From NCBI GenBank assembly GCA_021791495.1, contig JAJYWN010000060.1, positions 141,591 through 205,590 of the forward strand: a stretch of 64,000 nt of DNA, given 5' to 3'. Under the pieces are notes generated by a model that worked only from the letters and a program-made list of their open reading frames with translations, searched no databases and had not been told where the DNA came from. The stretch comes from Bacillota bacterium (GTDB lineage: Bacteria > Bacillota > Sulfobacillia > JAJYWN01). The position numbers were made by a program, and so were the translations under genes. Positions 53,808-61,765 of the stretch are shown here, piece after piece (the stretch's first letter is position 1; each line of letters starts with the position of its first letter).

Positions 53808-54598
53808 GCCGCCCCACCCAGCCTTCGCCGGTGACGGGCGCGGCCCGCCGCCACCAAAGCCACCGCCAACCCCGCCAGTGCCGCCTGGGCCCACGGCGGA
53901 AGCGTCGGGATGGGGGCCCATTGGAGGTCGCCCTCGTCCGGAAGACGGTCGGCCCAGTCCTCTTCCACCATCTCCTCCCATTCCTCGAACGACGCCGGGA
54001 ACCGGCCGCCAAACTCACCCTCGGACAGGTGATTCTTGTCCGTGGCGAAGAGGACCATCCGGATGACGTACCCCGGCCCGGTCCCGATCTCATTGAAAGT
54101 CACATAGAACTCGGCCCGGCTCCCGCCGTCCTCGGCGCTTTCGCCCCAGCGACCCTGCCGTCGGCCCACCCGGACTTCTCCGCGCCAGACTTCCACCGTC
54201 ACCTGACCGCGCTCCTCAGACTTGTCGGGTTCATAGGTGATGTCCACGACGCGGTCATTGGCGTCGTCGAACCGGCCGTTATTGTCCGTGTCGATAAACA
54301 GGCAGTAGTAGACTTCCTTCTTCTGGTCCTGATGGTTCTCGGGCTCGTAGCGCTCGATCATGAAGTAGAGCCGGTCCTGGTTCGGGTTGTTCGCCCAGTA
54401 CAAGTTCTCCAGATCGTAGGTGTCGTGATGGGCGTCCCTTGGGTCTGCCAGGTGCGCCCGTCCCTCCCAGTCCTCAAAGGAGCCGTCCATCACGATGGAG
54501 CCGGCGGCGAAGGCGCGATTAGGCGCTGATGCCACGAGAAGCAGGAGCAGAGCCGCCAGAAGGGCTGCCGCTCTTCCCACGCGCCCTCTTCTTCCCAT
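53804..54598 (-). CDS. Secreted protein with an N-terminal signal peptide and a C-terminal motif-TM-Arg-cluster tail (sorting-signal-like)
   Basis: The signal peptide is MGRRGRVGRAAALLAALLLLLVASAPNRAFA. The C-terminus reads ..QWAPIPTLPPWAQAALAGLAVALVAAGRARHRRR. It is coupled to the exosortase gene. Confidence 0.55.
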   Translation of the reverse strand: MGRRGRVGRAAALLAALLLLLVASAPNRAFAAGSIVMDGSFEDWEGRAHLADPRDAHHDTYDLENLYWANNPNQDRLYFMIERYEPENHQDQKKEVYYCLFIDTDNNGRFDDANDRVVDITYEPDKSEERGQVTVEVWRGEVRVGRRQGRWGESAEDGGSRAEFYVTFNEIGTGPGYVIRMVLFATDKNHLSEGEFGGRFPASFEEWEEMVEEDWADRLPDEGDLQWAPIPTLPPWAQAALAGLAVALVAAGRARHRRRLGGAA

Positions 54599-57500
54599 GC
54601 GCCACACCTCCCCTCGCGGACTGCGCACGCAGCAGCAGGAACGCCGCCAAGGCCAGGGTCACCGCGGAAATCAGCCCACCGGCCAGCATCTCGCGGGGCG
54701 GCTCCGGCTTTACGGAGATCGTGAAGCGCCCGGGAACGAGGGCCAAGGTCAAGAGGTGTTCCCGCTCCCGGGCCGGGACCGGGTCGCCGTTCGCTTCCAC
54801 GGTCAGGTTATTCCGGAAAGCTACGGGCACAGTCACCGCCCAGGAGGAGGTGTTCTCGGGGACTGTCAGACCGAAGGAGTAGCCGTGGGCCGTGGCCGAG
54901 TATCCGTCCAGAGGCAGCAGCTTGGACTCCGGAACGGCATCGGCTTTCAAGCCCAGCAGGTCGGACAAGAGAGCGGTGGCCACCGGATCACCGGTGAGGA
55001 AGGCGTGGAAAGGCAGGTTACCTCCCACGAAATACACGTCTTTTCCTCCGACATCCTTCGTGCCTATCAGAGCCGTCTTCTCACCCAGGTGCGAGAAGTA
55101 CAGGTCAGTGCGCGTCAAACTCTGGGGCGACAGACCTTTCCAGGGATCATAGGTCGGGTCGAAGGGCGCCAGGCGCAAAGGCTCTCCCCCCTGGTCGGTG
55201 CGGTACGCTACCAAGGGTTGGTACAGGTTCACCGGCTCGCCGGTCACGCCGAAGAGCGACGGCCGCCGCGACAAGGTGTCTTCCGGCAACCCTTGGAGGT
55301 CGACAATGAGCTTCCCGCCTCCCAAGGTATACTGGCGCAGGACCTCCTCAGCCTTCGCCTTATTCCGCCAGAGGGCTCCCGACACCACGACTGTCTTATA
55401 GCGGGCCAGCGTGGCCGGCGAGTAGGAATCGACAAACATATCCGAGCCCACTTCCAGGGCGGGGAAGACCATGGCCAGGTTGGACGCGTAGCGCCCGATG
55501 GCTAACCCCTGGTAACTGGAGAGAATGGCGTAGGGTCCGGTCGCGTCGGAGGCGAGGAGGATCACCTCGCTGGAACGCCACTTTTCGCGGTATCCGAGGA
55601 TCTCCGCCTCGGCCAGGAACTCGTCCAGACGCGGTGCCACCAAATCCCGTCGGACCACCAGGTGCGTGGCGCCAAGCTCCCGCAGTTCGTTGAACATAAA
55701 GGACCAACGGTGCTCCTTCAGCGCGCGGTTTACCCACACGATGTTCTGGGCCGTGGTCGCCCCTTGCCAGGCCCATCCGAACACTTGCTCCCGGCCGCCT
55801 TCCACGCCCACCAGGTATGCGGCAGTGGAGCCGAAACCGCTGAGGTCAAGGGTGGCTTCCCGCCAGCCGCTGCCGGCGGGAAGCTCGCGCACCGCCCGCT
55901 CCACCACGGTGGGTTTGGGCCGCGTCGAGATCAGCCTGAGGGTCGGGACGGCATCGAGGACCAAGAGGGCGATGAGGAGCAGGAGAATGTAGGCCGCCGC
56001 CTTGCGCCCTCCCAGAGGGCGCCCTGAGGTGGGCTGGAGCAAAGCGAGGTAGAACATGGCCGGCGCCGCGCTGGCCATGTAAATGGGCCAGAGCAGGTGA
56101 TGCAGAGGAAGGGAGTTGTACAAGGGGCGGAGGAGCGGCGTGGTGACGGCGACGGTCAAGATGCCGGTGACCAGCGCCGCCCGGCTGAGCCCTTGGCGCT
56201 GCTTCCAGGTGATCAGGACCCAGAGGGCCACGGGGACCAGGGCCAGCCCCCAATAGAAGATCTCGGGGTTCGTCAGGCGCAGGAACGGGTTGAAGCTTTC
56301 CGTGACCGGGAAATACTGGATGGACGAGGTGACCGCCGCGGCGTCGACCGAAACGATACCGGCGCGCAAGGCGGGGAGGAGCCACCAGGCCGACGCGGCG
56401 ATGCCCGCGAAAGTCACCGCGAGGCCGCGCCCGACGTCCCTGGCCCTCAGCCCCCCCACCACGGTCCACGCCGCGGCCAGGACCGTCTGGATGACGAAAA
56501 AGCCGGCGGCGATCATGGCGTGAGTGAGCACCAGGAGGGCATCGATCCCGATAAGGACAAAGGCTGAGCGGGGCCAGTCCTGTCTCTCCAACACGTTCAG
56601 GAAGAAGTGCAGCGCCACGGGGAAAAGGGCCGTGGCCAGGGCCCGGGGCAGGTTGCCCTCGGACATGGCCACCCGCACGTGGTCGGGCCAGATCATCCAG
56701 AGGCCGGCGGCGATGAGGGCGCCCTCAGAGCCAAGGCGCTTCCGGTGCGGCAGCCAACCCAGTGCCCCGATGACCGCGGCAACGGCCACGTAGGCTCCGC
56801 CGGCCCGGAAGGGGTCGGCCAGCACGGCCATGATGGCGGCCAAGACGTAATACGGCAGGGGCGCCCAGTAACGGAAGGGTTCCACGCCATTGTACCAGGC
56901 GGGGTTGAACAAGGGGAACAGGTTCCCCCGGGCGATTTCCTCTTTCAGGAACTTGGCTTTGGCGATGTGGGCCCAGGTATCCGATCCCCAGGGGTACTGC
57001 TCCGCCGCCGGAGGCCAGATGATCTTGTGGTATAGTACCGCCCCGATCAGGGCCAGGAAGGCCCCCCAGAGCAGACGGCGCCACCTCGGAACGGGCTTGT
57101 GCCGCTCCAGAGCGCGGGACGGGATGGACAGGGGGTCGTACTCCCCGGCCCCGGGTGGCATCAGGCGCATCAGTATCTTCCGTCGCCGGCGCGACGGGAA
57201 CTTTGAGCCGGCCAGGGCGGCGCCGACCAACCTGCCGTCGGCTTCGGCTCCCGCTCCGGTCCCCGGACCGGCACTGGCTTCGGTTTCCGCGTCAGACGGT
57301 GCGGAGGCCGGCGCGGCGCTCGATACGGGGAATGAAACCGGCGCTTGAGGCGCCGGCGGTATCTCCGGGCGCGTGATGCCGGTCCCCGTCGCTGCCGGCG
57401 GACCCTCGCCGGGCTGGTCGAAGTCGCTGGACGGACGCTGGCCCGGGCTGGGTGGCACCTCACCGTAAACCGGCCGGTCGGGAGGCTCTTCGCCCTGAAC

Positions 57501-58028
57501 GGTGGTGGTCAGGCGGGTGCTGTATGGCATCTGCACCGGCGGAGCGAAAGGCGACCCCTCCGTGCTCACGCCGGTGGTGGAGACGACCAGGCCCGTCTGC
57601 GGGGTGTGAACTACCTTTACGCTACGGACGGGTGATTCACGAATAAGGACCGAACACAAGCCGGCACTATACTCAGGCAGGACCGCCAAAAGGCGGTGGT
57701 ACAGGTAAAACGCCAGGTTCTCCACGGACGGATTGACTTTCCGGAAGTTCGCCAGCTCGTTCAGGACCCGGCCGTCGAAGGGGCTGATCTGGGCCTTGAT
57801 TTCCGCTTCCAGATCGGCAAAGGGTATAGTATTATCCTCCGGTGGGACTAGTTCTACCTCCATGCTGCATGAATGCTTATGCAATGGACCAAGGTTCCCA
57901 CCAACCGCCACTTGATGCCGAAGCTCAAAGAAGACGGTGACGGTGATCCTCAGTTCCGGCCGGCCATACTCCAACCGTGCGTTCCTTCCCGTCCGTAACA
58001 ATGCCCGGAGGGGGTCGGCCAAGCCCAC
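54519..58028 (-). CDS. 1169-aa protein: N-terminal QueD/6-pyruvoyl-tetrahydropterin-synthase-fold domain, then a Pro-rich linker, then a ~13-TM domain and a large extracytoplasmic domain (PTPS-related membrane protein)
   Basis: LRITVTVFFELRHQV...GPLHKHSCSMEVEL...IPFADLEAEIKAQISPFDGRVLNEL...SVENLAFYLYHRLLAVLP aligns block-for-block with QueD (AAHRL, LHGHS, DFAELK, ENPTSE). An alternative TTG start near 57974 has a GGGAAGGAA RBS. Confidence 0.8.
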   Translation of the reverse strand: MGLADPLRALLRTGRNARLEYGRPELRITVTVFFELRHQVAVGGNLGPLHKHSCSMEVELVPPEDNTIPFADLEAEIKAQISPFDGRVLNELANFRKVNPSVENLAFYLYHRLLAVLPEYSAGLCSVLIRESPVRSVKVVHTPQTGLVVSTTGVSTEGSPFAPPVQMPYSTRLTTTVQGEEPPDRPVYGEVPPSPGQRPSSDFDQPGEGPPAATGTGITRPEIPPAPQAPVSFPVSSAAPASAPSDAETEASAGPGTGAGAEADGRLVGAALAGSKFPSRRRRKILMRLMPPGAGEYDPLSIPSRALERHKPVPRWRRLLWGAFLALIGAVLYHKIIWPPAAEQYPWGSDTWAHIAKAKFLKEEIARGNLFPLFNPAWYNGVEPFRYWAPLPYYVLAAIMAVLADPFRAGGAYVAVAAVIGALGWLPHRKRLGSEGALIAAGLWMIWPDHVRVAMSEGNLPRALATALFPVALHFFLNVLERQDWPRSAFVLIGIDALLVLTHAMIAAGFFVIQTVLAAAWTVVGGLRARDVGRGLAVTFAGIAASAWWLLPALRAGIVSVDAAAVTSSIQYFPVTESFNPFLRLTNPEIFYWGLALVPVALWVLITWKQRQGLSRAALVTGILTVAVTTPLLRPLYNSLPLHHLLWPIYMASAAPAMFYLALLQPTSGRPLGGRKAAAYILLLLIALLVLDAVPTLRLISTRPKPTVVERAVRELPAGSGWREATLDLSGFGSTAAYLVGVEGGREQVFGWAWQGATTAQNIVWVNRALKEHRWSFMFNELRELGATHLVVRRDLVAPRLDEFLAEAEILGYREKWRSSEVILLASDATGPYAILSSYQGLAIGRYASNLAMVFPALEVGSDMFVDSYSPATLARYKTVVVSGALWRNKAKAEEVLRQYTLGGGKLIVDLQGLPEDTLSRRPSLFGVTGEPVNLYQPLVAYRTDQGGEPLRLAPFDPTYDPWKGLSPQSLTRTDLYFSHLGEKTALIGTKDVGGKDVYFVGGNLPFHAFLTGDPVATALLSDLLGLKADAVPESKLLPLDGYSATAHGYSFGLTVPENTSSWAVTVPVAFRNNLTVEANGDPVPAREREHLLTLALVPGRFTISVKPEPPREMLAGGLISAVTLALAAFLLLRAQSARGGVAHGKKRARGKSGSPSGGSAPASRGISA

Positions 58029-58169
58029 CCCCCACTAACTAGTATCACGTTCATCTAACGCGGCTCTAACCGTCGACTAACACCAGCCGAGAAAGGGGAA
58101 AACCGGTGAACAAAGAACATCTCCCTAGTCGCCATATGCAAGTAGACAAAGGACAGGAGGGACCGTTAG

Positions 58170-59969
58170 ATGCAGAAACGCCTGACCCGCTCCGAAGTCC
58201 CGGTGGAACAGACCTGGAAAATCGAAGACCTTTTCCCCACTTTTGAAGCCTGGGAAGCCGGGCTCGCCGCCGTCGAGACCAAGCTGGCCACCGTGACCGC
58301 CTTCAAAGGACGGTTGGGTGAGGGCGCCGCCACTTACCTTGCGTGCCTGGAAGCTCTGGAAGCCTTACAGGGGGAGTTCATGCGTGTCGGATCGTACGCA
58401 TCCCTGAACCTGTCCGCTGATGGGACGTCCCCGGCGAACCAGGCAGCCGCCGCACGCGTGGGAGCCTTGATGGCTAAGTTCGGCGCGGCCACCGCCTTCG
58501 TCCAGACCGAGTCGCTCGCCCTTCCCGACGGTACCCTCGAAGGCTACCTGGCCTCCGAACCGAAGCTGGAGCCCTTCCGGCGCGCCATCCAGCTCACCCT
58601 GAAGGACAAGCCCCACGTCCTGAACCCCGAAACCGAGGTGGCGCTGGCCTCTCTCTCGGAAGTACTGGGTGCCCCGTCCCTCATCTACAATCGGTCGAAG
58701 AGTTCGGACATGGCTTTCGACCCCATTACGGACAGCAAGGGAACCCAACTGCCGATGTCCTTCGCGGTGTACGAGGGCCATTACGAGAAGTCACCCGACC
58801 CGGTCCTCCGCCGGAACGCCTACGCCTCTTTCACCAAGGGTTTGAAGGCCTACAAGAACACCTACGCCGCCGCCTGGGCTACGGAAGTCAAGCGGAACGT
58901 GGTCATGAGCCGGCTGCGTCACTACCCGACCACGGCCCACTTCCTTCTGCACCGTCAGGAGGTAACCTTGGATGTCTATAACAATCTACACGACATCATC
59001 TTGAAAGAACTGGCGCCCCACATGCGCCGTTATGTCGAACTCCGTCGGAAGGTGCTGGGGCTAGACAGGATCCTTTACTGTGACATCGAGGCCCCGCTGG
59101 ACCCCGACTTCAGTCCGCCCACCACCTTCGCCGAAGCGTCGGACATCATTCTGAACGGCCTGTCGGTGCTGGGTAAAGAATATACGGACATCATCGCCCA
59201 GGGCCTGAAGAACCGCTGGATCGACTGGGCCGATAACGTCGGCAAGTCCACGGGCGCCTTCTGCAACAGCGTCTACGGCGTCCATCCCTATGTCCTCATC
59301 ACCTGGACCAGCAACATGCGGGACGCGCTGGTTCTCTCGCACGAACTGGGGCACGCCGGGCACGGCGTGTTGAGCCAGCGGTATCAGCGTCTGGTGAACA
59401 CGCGGCCGTCCATGTTCTTCGTGGAGTCGCCGTCCACCATCAACGAACTCCTGGTCGGCCAGAGCATCCTGGACCGCAGCTCGGACCAGCGCATGCGGCG
59501 TTGGGTCATCATGCAGTTCCTAGCCACCTACTATCATAACTATGTCCGGCACCTCATCGAGGGCGAACTGCAGCGGCGCATCTACGCCATGGCCGAGCAG
59601 GGCCGGCCCATCACCGAGCAAGTCCTCTCGAAGGTCCAAGGCGACATCCTGGCCGAGTTCTGGGGCGATGTCCTGGAAATCGACGACGGTGCCCGCCTGA
59701 CCTGGATGCGGCAACCCCACTACTACATGGGTCTGTACCCGTACAGTTACTCGGCCGGACTAACTATCGGCACCGCCGTCTCTCAAGCCATCCGCGAGGA
59801 GGGCCAGCCGGCCGTGGACCGGTGGCTGAAGGTGCTGAAGGCCGGAGGGACGGCCACGCCCATCGAACTGGCGAAGATGGCCGGGGTCGACATGAGCAAG
59901 CCGGAGCCCATCCGGAAAGCCGTCGCCTACGTTGGGTCACTCATCGACGAAGTCGTGAAGAGCTTCTAG
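58170..59969 (+). CDS. pepF: Oligoendopeptidase F (M3B family), paralog 3
   Basis: The 599-aa protein has HELGHAGH and an AGGAGGG RBS. It is about 70% identical to paralog 2. Confidence 0.92.
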   Translation: MQKRLTRSEVPVEQTWKIEDLFPTFEAWEAGLAAVETKLATVTAFKGRLGEGAATYLACLEALEALQGEFMRVGSYASLNLSADGTSPANQAAAARVGALMAKFGAATAFVQTESLALPDGTLEGYLASEPKLEPFRRAIQLTLKDKPHVLNPETEVALASLSEVLGAPSLIYNRSKSSDMAFDPITDSKGTQLPMSFAVYEGHYEKSPDPVLRRNAYASFTKGLKAYKNTYAAAWATEVKRNVVMSRLRHYPTTAHFLLHRQEVTLDVYNNLHDIILKELAPHMRRYVELRRKVLGLDRILYCDIEAPLDPDFSPPTTFAEASDIILNGLSVLGKEYTDIIAQGLKNRWIDWADNVGKSTGAFCNSVYGVHPYVLITWTSNMRDALVLSHELGHAGHGVLSQRYQRLVNTRPSMFFVESPSTINELLVGQSILDRSSDQRMRRWVIMQFLATYYHNYVRHLIEGELQRRIYAMAEQGRPITEQVLSKVQGDILAEFWGDVLEIDDGARLTWMRQPHYYMGLYPYSYSAGLTIGTAVSQAIREEGQPAVDRWLKVLKAGGTATPIELAKMAGVDMSKPEPIRKAVAYVGSLIDEVVKSF

Positions 59970-60001
59970 ATGGTAACAAGGAGGAAGCACCCGTGCACGT
60001 C

Positions 60002-60922
60002 TTGATCGCCGGTGGTACGGGGTTCCTGGGAAAACCTCTGATCAAGGAGTTGCAGGCGGGTGGGCACCGGGTAACGGTGCTCACCCGCTCTCCCGACGGC
60101 GCCCGGCGGGCGCTGGGCCAGGCGGGACTTGTCGGAACGTTGCCTGACCACGATGTGGCCATCGCGGCCTGGACCGACCTTGCCGGGGCCCTGAGAGGGG
60201 TCGACGGTGTCGTCAACCTGGCCGGCGCGTCCATTGGCGAAGGCCGCTGGACGCCCCAGCGAAAGGCCGAGCTGGTGGACAGCCGCCTCAGTTCCACCCG
60301 GGCCATCGTCTCGGCCTTGGGGCGGGTGGAACCACGGCCCAAGGTGCTGGTGAACGCGTCGGCTGTCGGCTACTATGGGGACCGGGCGGAGAAAGTGGAC
60401 GAGGGCTCCGCTCCGGGAGGCGACTTTCTGGCGGGGCTGTGCCAAAAGTGGGAAGAGTTCGCCGAGGGCGCTACTTCCTCGGGTGTGAGGGTGGTCCGCG
60501 TCCGGACCGGAGTGGCGCTGGCAAAGGATGGTGGTGCCCTGAGCCGGATGCTTCTGCCTTTCAAGCTTTTCGCCGGGGGCCCCATGGGCTCGGGCCGGCA
60601 GGGTTTCCCCTGGGTGCACCGGGCGGACGTGGTCGGCCTGATCCGGTTCGCCCTCGAGCACGATGAGGTGTCGGGCCCCTTGAACGCCGTAGCTCCCGAT
60701 ATGGTAGACAACGCGGGCTTCTCGCGCGCCCTGGGGCGGGCCTTGCATCGCCCGTCCTGGCTGCCCCTACCCGGTTTCGCCCTGCGCCTGGCTCTGGGGG
60801 AAATGGCGGGCCCCCTTCTCCTCTCGGGTCAGTTTGTAAGGCCGGCGGCGGCCGAGAAGTTCGGCTATCACTGGCGTTTCCCGAAACTGGTCGGGGCCCT
60901 GGACGACCTGTTCAGGCAGTAG
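60002..60922 (+). CDS. TIGR01777 family epimerase (YfcH-like SDR with a DUF1731 C-terminus)
   Basis: The GTG at 60002 follows an AGGAGGAAG RBS. The sequence is MHVLIAGGTGFLGKPLIKEL...WRFPKL. Confidence 0.85.
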   Translation: MIAGGTGFLGKPLIKELQAGGHRVTVLTRSPDGARRALGQAGLVGTLPDHDVAIAAWTDLAGALRGVDGVVNLAGASIGEGRWTPQRKAELVDSRLSSTRAIVSALGRVEPRPKVLVNASAVGYYGDRAEKVDEGSAPGGDFLAGLCQKWEEFAEGATSSGVRVVRVRTGVALAKDGGALSRMLLPFKLFAGGPMGSGRQGFPWVHRADVVGLIRFALEHDEVSGPLNAVAPDMVDNAGFSRALGRALHRPSWLPLPGFALRLALGEMAGPLLLSGQFVRPAAAEKFGYHWRFPKLVGALDDLFRQ

Positions 60923-61325
60923 CAGGTGACAGCCAAAGCACCTTTAGGTCTCCCTTTCTCTCCAGGCTCCTGAACTCCGAGTCGCCGGTAACCAAGGTAG
61001 CATCGCGTTCCTGGGCTAACGCGGCTGCAAAGCAGTCGGCATAGGAAAGTCCACCGGCCACCTTGAGTCTCGCGGCCGTCTTCACTCGGTTCCAAGTCGG
61101 CTCCACGACTTCAACGTTGGGACTCCGCAGAGTTCTGGCTACGACTTCTTCGGCTATCGCTTCAGAACGGTGGCGAAGGATGATGTAGAACACTTCGCCC
61201 AAGTTGATGGCGCTGATGGCAATGAGGACGTCGTCCGAGGCTAAGATTGATGCGACTTGAGAACCACCGGGCTCACCGTTTAAGAAGGCCAACAAGGCTG
61301 AGCCGTCAAGAACATACTCATCCAT
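60912..61325 (-). CDS. vapC: PIN-domain toxin VapC
   Basis: LDGSALLAF...VLIAISAINLGEVFY..LSYADCFAAALAQERDATLVTGDSEF is the acidic quartet pattern. Confidence 0.85.
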   Translation of the reverse strand: MDEYVLDGSALLAFLNGEPGGSQVASILASDDVLIAISAINLGEVFYIILRHRSEAIAEEVVARTLRSPNVEVVEPTWNRVKTAARLKVAGGLSYADCFAAALAQERDATLVTGDSEFRSLERKGDLKVLWLSPATA

Positions 61326-61566
61326 GCCGACTATCTTCCTTCGCCCGGTCGCGTCGTCTCTCTTCTAGCAAAGCCTCTGTTAGGCTACTGCCTTCCTTTA
61401 GTGCTCCCTGGAGGGCCAACAGAGGATGGCGCTCCAACGGCTCCAGAATAATCTTGCCATCAGCCAATACGATCGATAGCTGGTCCCCTTGACGTAGGTC
61501 GAGCTTCTCCCGGACAGTCCTTGGGATCACAATCTGTCCCTTCGAGGATATCTTGATCGCCGGCAT
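61318..61566 (-). CDS. vapB: AbrB/SpoVT-type antitoxin VapB
   Basis: MPAIKISSKGQIVIPRTVREKLDLRQGDQL is a swapped-hairpin motif. The RBS is GGAGGTGG. It overlaps the vapC gene by 8 nt. Confidence 0.8.
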   Translation of the reverse strand: MPAIKISSKGQIVIPRTVREKLDLRQGDQLSIVLADGKIILEPLERHPLLALQGALKEGSSLTEALLEERRRDRAKEDSRHG

Positions 61567-61765
61567 GTACTCCACCTCCAAGGCCGTCTTACCTGACCGT
61601 GATTCTTATGCGTGGTACTCACTTACACTGTAGAGTGTAAGCCGGCCTCCGTGCTTAGGCAAGAGCCGCCAAGGGATTTTCGTCCGTAGCGCGAACCTTC
61701 TTACCCATCGTCCATGCTCGTGCTCACTTCACTACCCACAAACTCCGGGGAGGCAACGGAAAACG

